Of a DNA stretch of 64,000 nucleotides, positions 36,920 through 47,595 are shown one piece after another. The notes below the pieces were generated by a model. That model saw only the letters and a list, made by a program, of their open reading frames with translations, did not search any database and was not told where the DNA came from. Where the stretch lies: assembly GCA_963978235.1 (NCBI GenBank), contig CAXBQM010000001.1:8080-72079 (forward strand), given 5' to 3'. Both the position numbers and the translations under genes were made by a program. Each line of letters begins with the position of its first letter. Position 1 is the first letter of the stretch. The DNA is from an uncultured bacterium. Lineage in GTDB: Bacteria > Actinomycetota > Actinomycetes > Nanopelagicales > Nanopelagicaceae.

Positions 36920-37715
36920 CGATCATTGGGCTACTGCCCACTTCGAGGAATTTCTTATATTCCGAAATAACAGATTTCGGCTTTCCTTTACTTATTAATT
37001 TTCCTTTGTGAATCCAGATAACTTCATTACATACCTCTTCAATTGTGGCAAGTGCGTGACTTACTAAAATTAAAGCTCGATTGCTAGAGCGCAATTCTTT
37101 TACTCGATTGAGTGATTTGGTTTTAAACTTAGCATCACCCGTACTTAGCGCTTCATCAATAATTAAGATATCTGGCTCTACCGATACAGCTACTGCAAAT
37201 GCCAAACGTGAAAACATTCCAGATGAGTACGTACGCATGGGCGCATCAATCACTTCGCCTAATTCAGCAAATTCAACAATCTCATCAAACTTTTCCTCAA
37301 TTTCAGATTTACTTAAACCGGCAGCAAGGCCGCCTAAAATCACATTGTCGCGTCCAGTCATCTCTTGATTGAAACCGACTCCTAACGCTAATAACGTCCC
37401 AACATTTCCATAAAGTTCTACGCGACCAGAAGTTGGTGGCAAAATTCCCGAAATTGTCCGCATTAAAGTTGATTTTCCAGCGCCATTTGCGCCAACTACG
37501 CCCAATACCGAGCCATAAGAAATTTCTAAATTGAATTCGGATACTGCGTGCACTACGCGAGTTTGTTTTTTTCCGCGACTTGCATGGAGCAATCTATTTC
37601 TCAATGTTGGACGTTTATCGAGTGTGGTCTTATAGACAACAGATAGATCGTGCACTGAAAGCGCGATATCGCCTTTTTTCTGCGGATGTTTATTAGATGC
37701 GGACAGCGAACTCAC
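36906..37715 (-). CDS. Polysaccharide/teichoic-acid-type ABC exporter ATP-binding protein (Wzt/TagH-like, short form)
   Basis: Walker A GANGAGKST, signature YSSGMFSRLAFA, and Walker B ILIIDE. Confidence 0.85.
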   Translation of the reverse strand: MSSLSASNKHPQKKGDIALSVHDLSVVYKTTLDKRPTLRNRLLHASRGKKQTRVVHAVSEFNLEISYGSVLGVVGANGAGKSTLMRTISGILPPTSGRVELYGNVGTLLALGVGFNQEMTGRDNVILGGLAAGLSKSEIEEKFDEIVEFAELGEVIDAPMRTYSSGMFSRLAFAVAVSVEPDILIIDEALSTGDAKFKTKSLNRVKELRSSNRALILVSHALATIEEVCNEVIWIHKGKLISKGKPKSVISEYKKFLEVGSSPMIDEDV

Positions 37716-38520
37716 GCTCCCTTGATAAGAAGAGATAAGTACTCACTATCAATACCAGCGCCGTCCATAATAAAGCTTGTATCAGTTCGTGGAAGACTGG
37801 AACTTGCGCATGGACCATGACCGTTGACCACATGTTGAGTAACGGATACATCGGGTTGATGTTCTTGAGAAATTGTAGATGTGCATTAAGAGCCGACGCT
37901 TCATAGAGGACGGGTGAGAGATAAAGCAGAGTGCGCGTCAGATATGGAATGAGATTCTGTGCGTCGCGAAAATAGACATTGATGCATGCAAAAAATATGG
38001 CGCAACCGAGTGCAAAGAGGAAGAAGAGCCCGATCAAGGGAATTGCCCAGAGCATTGACCAAGCAAAAGGGAGGCCGAGAATGAGATGGAAGATAATCAG
38101 CACTAATAAAGTCGGAAGAAATTTAAAGAGTGAAACAACGGTTGCACTTATTGGCAACATGAGGCGTGGAAATGCTGAGTTGAGTACGAGTCGACCACCT
38201 GACGTAATCGATTTTGCACCAGCAACAATTGCATCAGTAACCAAGTAAAAGATAAAGAGTGAAGCGGTGAGGTGGCCATATCGGGCTTTATCGGCATGTC
38301 CACTAATAATGACAATGAGGAGAAAGTAGACCGCGGAAAGTAATAACGGATTGAGGATCAACCAAATCTGCCCAAATGCTGAACCGTAATTTTGCCGACG
38401 AAGTTCTGACCTCGCAAAAGCGGCCATGAATTGGCGTCGCGAATAGAGCTGGCTCGCATATTTACGAAGTGGTGGAAGTCCACCTTTAAATGGGAGAAAA
38501 ACCTCGATCGGAGCGCTCAC
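37693..38520 (-). CDS. ABC-2 type exporter permease (Wzm/TagG-like)
   Basis: Six TM segments. It is coupled to the ATPase gene by a 23-nt overlap. Confidence 0.8.
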   Translation of the reverse strand: MSAPIEVFLPFKGGLPPLRKYASQLYSRRQFMAAFARSELRRQNYGSAFGQIWLILNPLLLSAVYFLLIVIISGHADKARYGHLTASLFIFYLVTDAIVAGAKSITSGGRLVLNSAFPRLMLPISATVVSLFKFLPTLLVLIIFHLILGLPFAWSMLWAIPLIGLFFLFALGCAIFFACINVYFRDAQNLIPYLTRTLLYLSPVLYEASALNAHLQFLKNINPMYPLLNMWSTVMVHAQVPVFHELIQALLWTALVLIVSTYLFLSREREFAVRI

Positions 38521-39533
38521 GTGCTCAGGCTACCTTGCGCAAGCTTTTTCGGTGAGGATAAAAAGCCAATTCCCCATGACATATGCATGGTGAAGAGGAT
38601 CATTGGTAAACGAATTCGTTCACTCCAAGTTTTTCCAATGAAGAGCGAGCAAAAAATTAGCGAAATCAAATAGGAAATAAAGAGCGCGCTAAATTCCGGT
38701 TGGATCGTGGTTGCGAGAATTGATATGAGCGAAACAAGTACTGCTATCGGTGGAGCTAAGTAGCGAAAATTGACTGTTTCTGGGTAACGGCGTGAGACTG
38801 CTCGACGCCACCTGCCATATTCGAAATATTGTTTGGCAAGCGAGGAAATTCTCTTTCTTGGTCGATACGTGACAATTAATTTCGGATCAAACCACACTAA
38901 GCCGCCTGCTTGTCGAAGCCGGTAATTCATCTCCCAATCTTGCGCACGAGTAAATTCTTCATCGTAACCACCAACTGCTAAGACTGCAGATTTTTGAAAT
39001 GTCCCTAAATAAACAGTATCTGCTGGCCCTTCAGCGCCACCCGTGTGAAAACGTGAAGCGCCAACACCAATCACTGACCGCATCGCTCGAGCAACTGCTT
39101 TCTGGAATGGCGTGAGACCTTCCGCCGCCATAATCCCGCCGACATTCACTGCGCCGGTTCGTTGCATCGTTTCTACGGCGTTTGAAATATATGAAGGTGA
39201 TATTTCTGAGTGGCCATCAATTCGCACAACAATCTCATGCTGTGCTGCAGCAAAAGCAAGATTGAGTGCATCCGGTGTTCGCCCTGATGGGTTGGAAACT
39301 ATCCGTACTCTGCTCTCTTGACGAACAATCTCTGCCGCAACTTTTTCGGTACCGTCACGTGATGGGCCGAGTGCCAAAATCACTTCTACCGTTCCTAAAT
39401 AATCTTGCGCGAGGATGGTTTTTACCGCAGCATGAAGATGGTCGGCCTCATTCAGTATTGGAATCACAACTGAAACTGGCGGATAAGACCCTGAGATTGA
39501 GTTTCCCATAACGAATAAAAGGTATCGCCCCAT
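38517..39533 (-). CDS. Glycosyltransferase family 2 with C-terminal TM segments
   Basis: VSVVIPILNE, a DxD-like RIDGHSE, and C-terminal hydrophobic helices. The start could be ATG 39509. Confidence 0.8.
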   Translation of the reverse strand: MGRYLLFVMGNSISGSYPPVSVVIPILNEADHLHAAVKTILAQDYLGTVEVILALGPSRDGTEKVAAEIVRQESRVRIVSNPSGRTPDALNLAFAAAQHEIVVRIDGHSEISPSYISNAVETMQRTGAVNVGGIMAAEGLTPFQKAVARAMRSVIGVGASRFHTGGAEGPADTVYLGTFQKSAVLAVGGYDEEFTRAQDWEMNYRLRQAGGLVWFDPKLIVTYRPRKRISSLAKQYFEYGRWRRAVSRRYPETVNFRYLAPPIAVLVSLISILATTIQPEFSALFISYLISLIFCSLFIGKTWSERIRLPMILFTMHMSWGIGFLSSPKKLAQGSLST

Positions 39534-39539
39534 TACGCT
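39534..39539 (+). promoter_or_regulatory. -10 box TACGCT, 6 nt before the LCP-gene GTG
   Basis: TACGCT-ACAGCC-GTG. Confidence 0.35.
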
Positions 39540-39545
39540 ACAGCC

Positions 39546-40643
39546 GTGAAATCAACGCGCGCAATCCGGTTTTTTACCGGACTTTCAATCGCGCTAGTAG
39601 CAATTTCGGCCATTGGTGCGATTGGTCTCGGTGGTCTCTCTTCGCAACTCAATCGCACATCAGTCTTCGATGGTCTGAAAAATAGACCGCGCTCTGCTTC
39701 GAGTGCTGTTAATTATCTTGTTGTGGGTTCGGATACCCGCGAAGGACTTACTAAAGAACAACAACGCGCACTCCGAGTGGGAAGTACAAAGACCGCTGCT
39801 GGAAAACGTTCGGACACCATGTTGCTCGTGCACATTTCAAAGAAGCGAGATAAAGCCGTTATTGTTTCAATTCCACGAGATACGTTTGCACTCATTCCGG
39901 CACATACCAACGCTTCGGGAAAATTAGTTGCGGAAAGTTATTCGAAAATCAATTCATCGTTTAATTGGGGTGGAGCGCCATTACTTATTGAAACTCTCGA
40001 AAATATGACCAAATTGCGTATCGACCATTACGTGGAAGTTAATTTTGCAGGATTCGCAAATATGGTGGATGCACTTGGTGGCATTGAAGTTTGTTCAAAA
40101 GTTGCAATCAATGATCCGAAGAGCCACCTCATCATGGATGCGGGCACGCATGTATTGAATGGAATTGAAGCGTTGAAATATGTCCGCACTCGTGACTTTG
40201 ATGGCATGGGTGATTTAGGACGAATGCAACGACAACAGCAATTCGTGAGCGCGGTACTCCGGAAGGCAACAAGTGCGGGCGTGCTCCTTAACCCCATCAA
40301 ATTAGTGAGCTTTGTGAATTCAGCAATGAGCGCAGTTTCAACCGATGAGAATTTAAATAAAGATGACTTAATAACTTTGGCGAAACAGATGAAGAATCTC
40401 TCCGCATCAAAAGTACGAACATTGACGGTGCCGTTAAAGTTTTATGACTATAACTCTCGTGGCGTTACCGCTGCCGTGTTGTGGGATCCGGTCCTCGCAC
40501 CAGAACTCTTCCAACGGCTCAGTAACGATGAAGCGATTGTTGATTCCGTCTCCCCGTCCGCCTCGCCTTCGGCTTCGCCAACTTTGGTTGATAAATTCAA
40601 GACTCGCACGGCAGCGGAAAATCCCTGCGGAGCTCTGAAGTAA
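39546..40643 (+). CDS. LCP (LytR-CpsA-Psr) family glycopolymer ligase
   Basis: TM anchor, YLVVGSDTR, SIPRDT, and an ALKYVRTR-type motif. Confidence 0.85.
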   Translation: MKSTRAIRFFTGLSIALVAISAIGAIGLGGLSSQLNRTSVFDGLKNRPRSASSAVNYLVVGSDTREGLTKEQQRALRVGSTKTAAGKRSDTMLLVHISKKRDKAVIVSIPRDTFALIPAHTNASGKLVAESYSKINSSFNWGGAPLLIETLENMTKLRIDHYVEVNFAGFANMVDALGGIEVCSKVAINDPKSHLIMDAGTHVLNGIEALKYVRTRDFDGMGDLGRMQRQQQFVSAVLRKATSAGVLLNPIKLVSFVNSAMSAVSTDENLNKDDLITLAKQMKNLSASKVRTLTVPLKFYDYNSRGVTAAVLWDPVLAPELFQRLSNDEAIVDSVSPSASPSASPTLVDKFKTRTAAENPCGALK

Positions 40644-40652
40644 GGTAAGCGC

Positions 40653-41966
40653 GTGCTCAAACTTTCAGTAATCGGAACTGGTTATCTCGGCGCAACCCAT
40701 GCCGCAGCGATGTCCTCGCTGGGATTCGAAGTTGTCGGTGTAGATGTAGATCCGGCAAAAGTTCACGCGTTATCTCAAGGGAAAGTTCCATTCTTTGAAC
40801 CTGGGCTAGAGGATTTACTCGAACAAGAAGTGAAATCTGGTCGATTAATCTTTACAACGGATTTTTCAGCGCTCAAAGATTGTGATGTTCATTTTATTTG
40901 CGTTGGAACTCCACAAACAAAAGGCTCACTCGCTGCTGATATGACATATGTCAATGCCGCACTTGATGCGGTAGCGCCTCATGCAAAATCAGGTTCACTT
41001 GTTGTTGGTAAATCCACGGTCCCGGTTGGTACTGCTCAACGCTTACACGACAGATTAAAAAAGGTTTCTCCCAATGCAGACCTTGCGTGGAATCCAGAAT
41101 TTCTCCGTGAGGGTTTTGCGGTAGAAGATACGCTCCGCCCGAATCGACTCGTCGTTGGCGTGACAAATGATTCGTCAGAAAATATTCTCAAAGAAGTTTA
41201 TAAAGATCTCTTAGCCGCAAATATCCCTTGGATTCGCGCAGATCTACCTACCGCGGAATTAGTAAAAGTGGCTGCTAATTCATTTCTTGCCACAAAAATT
41301 TCATTCATTAATGCCATGGCTGAAGTGTGCGAAGCCGCTGATGGCGATGTCACCGTGTTAGCGCAAGCAATTGGTCATGATCCTCGAATTGGTTCGCGTT
41401 TTCTCCAAGCAGGTATTGGCTTTGGCGGCGGTTGCTTACCCAAGGATATTCGCGCATTTATGGCACGAGCAGATGAATTAGGTGCACGCCAAGCCTTGGA
41501 ATTCCTTCGAGAGATCGACTCAATTAATTTGCGTGCTCGACAACGAATGATCGAATTAGTGAGAGCTGATCTCTCTGAAGATCTCAAGGGCAAAAAGATT
41601 GCGGTATTAGGCGCCGCATTTAAACCAGATAGTGATGATGTGAGAGATTCGCCAGCGCTAGATATTGCTTCCCAGATTCACTCTGCCGGCGCAGATGTTG
41701 TCGTCCATGATCCAAAAGCGATTGAGAATGCGCGCGCTCGATTCCCTCGACTTGGTTTTGCCGAGAGCATTGATGAATGCGTCAAAGGTGCGGATTTACT
41801 TCTTCACTTAACTGAATGGAAAGAGTATCGAGCGCTCGATCCAGTTGCAGTGAAAAAATTGGTGAAGAACGCGATCGTCATTGATGGTCGCAATCATCTC
41901 GATCGCGAGAAGTGGCTAGCTGCCGGTTGGAAATTCCGTGCGCTTGGCCGGACGCATCACAATTAA
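40653..41966 (+). CDS. ugd: UDP-glucose 6-dehydrogenase
   Basis: VIGTGYLGATHAAAM and the catalytic Cys in GFGGGCLPKD. Confidence 0.9.
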   Translation: MLKLSVIGTGYLGATHAAAMSSLGFEVVGVDVDPAKVHALSQGKVPFFEPGLEDLLEQEVKSGRLIFTTDFSALKDCDVHFICVGTPQTKGSLAADMTYVNAALDAVAPHAKSGSLVVGKSTVPVGTAQRLHDRLKKVSPNADLAWNPEFLREGFAVEDTLRPNRLVVGVTNDSSENILKEVYKDLLAANIPWIRADLPTAELVKVAANSFLATKISFINAMAEVCEAADGDVTVLAQAIGHDPRIGSRFLQAGIGFGGGCLPKDIRAFMARADELGARQALEFLREIDSINLRARQRMIELVRADLSEDLKGKKIAVLGAAFKPDSDDVRDSPALDIASQIHSAGADVVVHDPKAIENARARFPRLGFAESIDECVKGADLLLHLTEWKEYRALDPVAVKKLVKNAIVIDGRNHLDREKWLAAGWKFRALGRTHHN

Positions 41967-41968
41967 CG

Positions 41969-42367
41969 ATGGCAAATTCGCAATCAGATATTGACTTCGC
42001 ACTCTCTTTAAAGAATTGGGCCGTAGTAGGGCTTGGTAATAATCCAGAACGAGCCGCTTATGGAGTTGCAAAAGTTCTCCTTGATAAGGGTCATCGCATA
42101 TTTCCTATTTATCCTCGCGCCGAAGTAGTTCACGGCCAACCCGGTTATGTCACTTTAAGTGAGGTACCGGAAGCGATAGATGTTGTTGATTTATTCGTTA
42201 ACTCTTCCCGGGCTGGCGAATTCGTTGATCAAGCAATCGCAATTGGGGCTAAGGCAGTTTGGTTACAACTTGATGTCCACGACGATGCCGCAATAGCTCG
42301 TGCGGAAGCCGCTGGACTTAAGGCGATTTTTGACCGTTGCCCTGCAATTGAGTATCGGAAGCGTTAA
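41969..42367 (+). CDS. CoA-binding domain protein (YccU-like)
   Basis: [22 protein letters not shown], about 130 aa. The start is at ATG 41969, after the ugd stop. Confidence 0.7.
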   Translation: MANSQSDIDFALSLKNWAVVGLGNNPERAAYGVAKVLLDKGHRIFPIYPRAEVVHGQPGYVTLSEVPEAIDVVDLFVNSSRAGEFVDQAIAIGAKAVWLQLDVHDDAAIARAEAAGLKAIFDRCPAIEYRKR

Positions 42368-42873
42368 AAACCAGTTCGTTGCGTCAACTTATTCTGCAGA
42401 TTCTTTCCTTTTTCAATTGCAAGATCATGTATTTCTCTCGCGTACTTCAATAATTTTTCGGAGATTGAATGATCGTGTGTTGCAAGAATTCTTAACGCTA
42501 AAAGCCCAGCATTTCGCGCATTATCTATGCCAACAGTGGCGACCGGTACTCCGGCTGGCATCTGCACAATTGAAAGTAAGGAATCCATACCATCAAGATT
42601 CTTCAGTGATACTGGTACGCCAATTACTGGTAGCACTGTCTGCGCTGCCACCATTCCTGGTAAATGAGCTGCACCACCAGCGCCAGCAATAATTACGGAA
42701 TAACCATTACGTGCTGCCGACTCTGCAAACGCAGACATCTCAGCAGGCATTCGATGAGCAGAGAGAACTTCTGCACTGTATGTCACACCAAATTCATCTA
42801 AAATCTTTCCGGCTTCTTGCATGACTGGCCAATCTGAATCTGAACCCATAATGATCGCAACGCGCTTATTCAT
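42364..42873 (-). CDS. purE: N5-carboxyaminoimidazole ribonucleotide mutase
   Basis: [12 protein letters not shown] and [11 protein letters not shown]. Confidence 0.95.
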   Translation of the reverse strand: MNKRVAIIMGSDSDWPVMQEAGKILDEFGVTYSAEVLSAHRMPAEMSAFAESAARNGYSVIIAGAGGAAHLPGMVAAQTVLPVIGVPVSLKNLDGMDSLLSIVQMPAGVPVATVGIDNARNAGLLALRILATHDHSISEKLLKYAREIHDLAIEKGKNLQNKLTQRTGF

Positions 42874-43972
42874 CGATCACTCCGTTCATGTAGTCCACGG
42901 CATGCTGAACTTCTTCCAGTAAGGAGTTGAGATTATTGCCCCATGCTGTGACATGTCCAACTTTTCGACCGGGCTTTACATCTTTTCGATATTGATGAAT
43001 CTTCACATGTGGCGAGCGAGCAAAGAGATGCAGATAAGGGCGATACATATCGGTTTTCGCTCCACCTAAAACATTACCCATCACCACAATTGGAGCACGC
43101 ATTGACGTATCACCCAATGGCAGATCAAGTACGGCGCGAAGATGTTGTTCAAATTGTGACGTTGTTGCCCCTTCGATTGTCCAATGACCAGAATTATGGG
43201 GACGCATCGCTAACTCATTGATAATTAAATCGCCATTGACAAGAAACATTTCAACGGCCATCACACCTACTAAACCCACGAGATCTGCAATCTCCATCGC
43301 TAACTTCTGGGCTCGCTGATGTAGTTCGTCGGAGAGTGATGGTGCTGGCGTAATAGTTTTCACACATATTCCTGCCGATTGAATCGTTTCAGTGACTGGC
43401 CAAGTGGAAATTTGTCCATGCGGAGAACGAGCGACCATTACCGCAACCTCGCAGGTAAATTCCAACTTCTCTTCAAGCAACAACTCTCGTTCACCAATAT
43501 TGCTTAAATCTAATTCGTTTTTGATTTCCCATACACCTCGGCCGTCATAGCCACCTGAGATTGCCTTTGCGATAAACGGGTAAGTCAATTCCAACGGCGA
43601 CGAACTTAATTGCCATCGTGGTGATGGTAGATTTTTTTCAGCAAGTTTTTTTCGTAGTTCTGCTTTATTTTGGGAAAAAATAAAAGTTGAACTGCGAGGT
43701 CTCACGGTGATTCCGTTTCGCTCGAGCTCAGTGATTACTGATTGTGGAATCAATTCGTGTTCAAAAGTCAGAACATCACATTGTTGTGCAAATGCTAGAA
43801 CTTCTTCGGCGTTTGAATAATTTCCGATTGTGAAATCCGCATCTATTGCGGCTGAATCACTTTCAGATTGCGCAAAGACTCTCAACTTCACACCAAGTGC
43901 GACTGCTGGAGCAATCATCATTCGCGCTAATTGCCCTGCGCCAATAACACCAACGGTTGGAAAGTGCGCCAC
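42866..43972 (-). CDS. purK: N5-carboxyaminoimidazole ribonucleotide synthase
   Basis: ATP-grasp fold, [13 protein letters not shown], and C-terminal RKVGHVT. GTG start. Confidence 0.9.
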   Translation of the reverse strand: MAHFPTVGVIGAGQLARMMIAPAVALGVKLRVFAQSESDSAAIDADFTIGNYSNAEEVLAFAQQCDVLTFEHELIPQSVITELERNGITVRPRSSTFIFSQNKAELRKKLAEKNLPSPRWQLSSSPLELTYPFIAKAISGGYDGRGVWEIKNELDLSNIGERELLLEEKLEFTCEVAVMVARSPHGQISTWPVTETIQSAGICVKTITPAPSLSDELHQRAQKLAMEIADLVGLVGVMAVEMFLVNGDLIINELAMRPHNSGHWTIEGATTSQFEQHLRAVLDLPLGDTSMRAPIVVMGNVLGGAKTDMYRPYLHLFARSPHVKIHQYRKDVKPGRKVGHVTAWGNNLNSLLEEVQHAVDYMNGVIDE

Positions 43973-43978
43973 TATGAA

Positions 43979-43984
43979 AGGGTA
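43979..43984 (-). promoter_or_regulatory. -10 box TACCCT, 6 nt before the purK GTG
   Basis: Minus-sense TACCCT-TTCATA-GTG. Confidence 0.35.
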
Positions 43985-44000
43985 CTTGGGATGACATCGC

Positions 44001-44006
44001 TACACT
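44001..44006 (+). promoter_or_regulatory. -10 box TACACT, 6 nt before the gtrA-like GTG
   Basis: TACACT-AACCGA-GTG. Confidence 0.35.
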
Positions 44007-44012
44007 AACCGA

Positions 44013-44441
44013 GTGATTTCGCGATTGCTGAAAATACGACATGAACTGATGAAATTTGGCAGTGTCGGTGCAGTTGCGTACGTCGTTTCCGTAGGTGGTT
44101 TTAACGCATTAGTTCACCTACCTCATGCCCCATTGAAATCAAAGCCGGTCACAGCATCAATCATTTCTGGCGCGATTTCAATCATGGTTGCCTATTTTGG
44201 AAATAGACATTGGACATGGCGAGACCGTCCGAAAGGGAACTTAACTAGAGAAATTTCACTCTTTTTCCTTCTCAACTTGGTTGGCCTTGCCATCGGAACG
44301 CTCACACTCGCGTTCTCGCGATATGTACTTGGATTCGATTCGGCGCTCGCGGACAACATCAGCGCAAACGTTGTTGGTGTCGGTATTGGGACGCTCTTTC
44401 GTTTCTACAGTTATCGAAAATGGGTTTTTAAATCAACGTAA
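44013..44441 (+). CDS. GtrA-family membrane protein
   Basis: Four TM segments, KFGSVGAVAYVV, and the C-terminal FRFYSYRKWVF signature. Confidence 0.8.
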   Translation: MISRLLKIRHELMKFGSVGAVAYVVSVGGFNALVHLPHAPLKSKPVTASIISGAISIMVAYFGNRHWTWRDRPKGNLTREISLFFLLNLVGLAIGTLTLAFSRYVLGFDSALADNISANVVGVGIGTLFRFYSYRKWVFKST

Positions 44442-45197
44442 GTGCGTTACATCCGCCACGGTAAAACGTTCGCCAGATGTCAACGTCAGTGAACCGTCGT
44501 GATTGATTGCAGCAACAATTCCCTCTTTAACTTCGCCATTAGTTAATTCCAAGCGAACTTTCTTATCAAGGGTTGCAGAATGAGAAATAAAATTACTAAT
44601 TGAACTCTGTGACGACTCCCAGATTTCAAATTGAGAGTGAATTTCGTTGGCTATAGAAATCAAAAGTTCATCTCGATCAACAATTGCTCCCATGTGAATC
44701 GACAGTGAGGTTGCTGTAGGTACTGGTAAATCCACAGTATCAATGTTCACATTGATACCAATACCAACGACGATTCCATGGTCACGGACTTCGCAGAGAA
44801 TGCCAGCTATTTTCTTCTCTCCGTTTTCTTTGTCATTAATCAGAACATCATTTGGCCATTTCGTTTGAATTGAAAGTCCAGTAAATTTACGGAGCGACTC
44901 TGCAACTGCGTGTCCCATCACAATTGGAAGTACGCCCCATTCATTCTTATTTCGGTCTGGCTGTAAATAAAAAGAGAATAAAAGTGACGTTGATGGTGGC
45001 GCTGAGAAGGTGCGATTGAGACGACCACGTCCCTGACTTTGATATTCAGTAACGAGAAGGTCGAATGGTTGTAATGGTGAAAAGATTTGCAAAATTTCAG
45101 TTTGAGTCGACGTTGTCTCTGCTATGACCTTTACTCGCGGGTAAGTATTCGCTAATGCTTGTGAGATTTTTATCGCGTTTAGCGGAACGTGGCTCAT
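44433..45197 (-). CDS. birA: Biotin--[acetyl-CoA-carboxylase] ligase (group I, no HTH)
   Basis: SQGRGRLNRTF (GRGRxxR motif) and KWPNDV. AGGAGAA SD upstream. Confidence 0.85.
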   Translation of the reverse strand: MSHVPLNAIKISQALANTYPRVKVIAETTSTQTEILQIFSPLQPFDLLVTEYQSQGRGRLNRTFSAPPSTSLLFSFYLQPDRNKNEWGVLPIVMGHAVAESLRKFTGLSIQTKWPNDVLINDKENGEKKIAGILCEVRDHGIVVGIGINVNIDTVDLPVPTATSLSIHMGAIVDRDELLISIANEIHSQFEIWESSQSSISNFISHSATLDKKVRLELTNGEVKEGIVAAINHDGSLTLTSGERFTVADVTHLR

Positions 45198-45226
45198 CGC
45201 GTGCTTCTCCTGACCTATTTGGCTAG

Positions 45227-45232
45227 TACCGT
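45227..45232 (+). promoter_or_regulatory. -10 box TACCGT, 6 nt before the carboxyltransferase ATG
   Basis: TACCGT-TAGCGC-ATG. Confidence 0.35.
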
Positions 45233-45238
45233 TAGCGC

Positions 45239-46810
45239 ATGACCGAAGACATTCATACTACGGCTGGAAAGATCGAAGATCTAAGAAAACGCCTGGATGA
45301 AGCAGTTCACGCTGGTTCGGCACGCGCTGTCGAGAAGCAACATGCCAAAGGCAAAATGACGGCCCGAGAGCGAATAGAAAAACTGGTCGATGAAGGTTCA
45401 TTTACTGAACTCGATGAATTCGCGCGACATCGTTCTACTAATTTCGGCATGCAAGAGAATCGTCCTTACGGTGATGGCGTAGTCACTGGATATGGAACTG
45501 TCGATGGCAGGCAGATTGCAATTTTTTCGCAGGACTTCACTGTCATGGGTGGAAGTTTGGGTGAAGTGTTTGGTGAAAAGATTGTAAAAATTATGGATTT
45601 CGCATTGAAGAGTGGAATTCCTTTGGTTGGCATCAATGATTCAGGTGGCGCACGAATTCAAGAAGGTGTGGTTTCACTCGGTCGTTATGGCGAGATTTTT
45701 AGACGAAATGCGCGCTCTTCTGGTGTCATTCCACAAATCTCTTTAATTCTCGGACCATGCGCAGGTGGCGCAGTGTATTCACCCGCAATGACCGATTTCA
45801 CTGTGATGGTTAATGAAACGTCACATATGTTTATTACCGGACCGGAAGTTATTAAAACCGTAACTGGTGAAGAAGTTGGGATGGAAGAGTTGGGTGGTGC
45901 GCATACCCATAGCTCACGCACTGGCAACTCACACTATTTAGCAAATAGTGAAGATGACGCGATTGATTATGTGAAAGCACTGCTCTCGTATCTCCCAAGC
46001 AATAACATGGATGAAGCGCCGATCTTGCCGGCCACAGAATCAGAAGAAGTTACCGATCTCGATAAATCGCTCAACACACTTATCCCGGATAGTCCCAATC
46101 AACCTTATGACATGCATAAAGTTATCGCCGCAATTCTTGATGAATCAGAGTTTCTAGAAGTCCAAGAGTTGTGGGCACCTAACATCATTATTGGTTTTGG
46201 CAGAATCGAAGGCCATTCCGTTGGAATCGTTGCTAATCAACCCATGCAATTAGCTGGCACGCTCAATATCGATGCAAGCGAAAAAGCAGCTCGCTTCGTG
46301 AGAACGTGCGATGCGTATGGAATTCCAATTATTACCCTCGTTGATGTCCCAGGATTCCTCCCGGGAACTGATCAAGAGTGGAATGGAATTATTCGTCGTG
46401 GCGCGAAATTGCTTTACGCATACGGTGAAGCATCGGTTCCAATGGTCACACTTATAACTCGCAAGGCTTATGGCGGTGCTTACGATGTTATGGGTTCTAA
46501 ACATCTTGGCGCCGATATCAATCTCGCTTGGCCGACCGCGCAAATTGCCGTGATGGGTGCACAAGGTGCAGTCAATATCCTTTATCGAAAAGAGTTATCT
46601 GAAGCAAAAGATCAAGAGAAACTTCGAAAAGAGCTCATTACAAATTATGAAGATACCTTGGCAAATCCATACATTGCAGCAGAGCGTGGTTATATCGATG
46701 CAGTAATCGAACCATTTCAAACTCGTCGGTACATCACACGCGCACTCGTAGCGCTACGCAATAAGCGCGATGTTTTGCCTCCTCGTAAACACGGAAACAT
46801 TCCGCTTTAA
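45239..46810 (+). CDS. Acyl-CoA carboxylase beta (carboxyltransferase) subunit, PccB/AccD5-like
   Basis: Full-length crotonase-like duplicated carboxyltransferase domains, with GGARIQEG and [10 protein letters not shown]. Confidence 0.9.
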   Translation: MTEDIHTTAGKIEDLRKRLDEAVHAGSARAVEKQHAKGKMTARERIEKLVDEGSFTELDEFARHRSTNFGMQENRPYGDGVVTGYGTVDGRQIAIFSQDFTVMGGSLGEVFGEKIVKIMDFALKSGIPLVGINDSGGARIQEGVVSLGRYGEIFRRNARSSGVIPQISLILGPCAGGAVYSPAMTDFTVMVNETSHMFITGPEVIKTVTGEEVGMEELGGAHTHSSRTGNSHYLANSEDDAIDYVKALLSYLPSNNMDEAPILPATESEEVTDLDKSLNTLIPDSPNQPYDMHKVIAAILDESEFLEVQELWAPNIIIGFGRIEGHSVGIVANQPMQLAGTLNIDASEKAARFVRTCDAYGIPIITLVDVPGFLPGTDQEWNGIIRRGAKLLYAYGEASVPMVTLITRKAYGGAYDVMGSKHLGADINLAWPTAQIAVMGAQGAVNILYRKELSEAKDQEKLRKELITNYEDTLANPYIAAERGYIDAVIEPFQTRRYITRALVALRNKRDVLPPRKHGNIPL

Positions 46811-46813
46811 CTC

Positions 46814-46984
46814 ATGAATTTTTCGATTACACGGGGAAATCCCTCAGATCAGGAGCGCGCTGCAATTGAGAGCGTACTTAAATCACGGAAAAGCGCTCCA
46901 AAGTCTCGTCGAAGTAAATGGGGCCAACCTCAATTACGTGGCGAATTAGTAAAATCACAACAACAGAATCGTGGAAATAAATAA
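46814..46984 (+). CDS. Acyl-CoA carboxylase epsilon subunit (56 aa; not in the supplied ORF track)
   Basis: Own translation: MNFSITRGNPSDQERAAIESVLKSRKSAPKSRRSKWGQPQLRGELVKSQQQNRGNK. The ITRGNPSxxExAAIxxVL pattern and the position between the beta subunit and maf fit AccE. The stop overlaps the maf ATG (TAATG). Confidence 0.65.
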   Translation: MNFSITRGNPSDQERAAIESVLKSRKSAPKSRRSKWGQPQLRGELVKSQQQNRGNK

Positions 46985-47595
46985 TGCCACGCATTGTCCT
47001 TGCGTCAGGTTCACCTTCTCGCAAAAGACTTCTCAATTCAGTAGGAATTAACCCAGAAATTATCGTGAGTAATGTTGATGAAGAGTTACCTGAATATCAA
47101 AAACTCTCTCCGGCCGAACTCGTTGTTGCGCTCGCTATTGTTAAAGCACATACAGTCAAAAATAATCTTGATTTTCCAGCGATCATTATTGGCTGTGACT
47201 CTACATTTGAATTCAATGGTCAATCATTAGGAAAACCTGGAACAGCCGAGAACGCAGTTGCCCGCGCAAAGGAACTTCGCGGTAAATCTGGAATATTGCA
47301 CACCGGACACTGTGTTATTGATACTGAAAAAGGTATTGAATTTTCAGATATCGCTTCCACGAGAGTTTTCTTCAGCGATATGACAGATCGTGAAATTGAA
47401 GATTACGTTGCAACCGGTGAACCACTCAACGTTGCAGGAGGTTTTACACTCGACGGTTTGAGCGCGCCTTTTATTGCACGAATTGAGGGTGAAGCAAGTA
47501 ATGTCATCGGACTTTCATTGCCACTTCTGCGAAAAGCGATACATCACTTAGGTTATGACTGGTTCTCGTTAGCAAAGTCGGAGGCGACCGTATGA
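46984..47595 (+). CDS. maf: Maf-like nucleoside triphosphate pyrophosphatase
   Basis: [17 protein letters not shown], and a GGFTLDG-type motif. Confidence 0.85.
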   Translation: MPRIVLASGSPSRKRLLNSVGINPEIIVSNVDEELPEYQKLSPAELVVALAIVKAHTVKNNLDFPAIIIGCDSTFEFNGQSLGKPGTAENAVARAKELRGKSGILHTGHCVIDTEKGIEFSDIASTRVFFSDMTDREIEDYVATGEPLNVAGGFTLDGLSAPFIARIEGEASNVIGLSLPLLRKAIHHLGYDWFSLAKSEATV

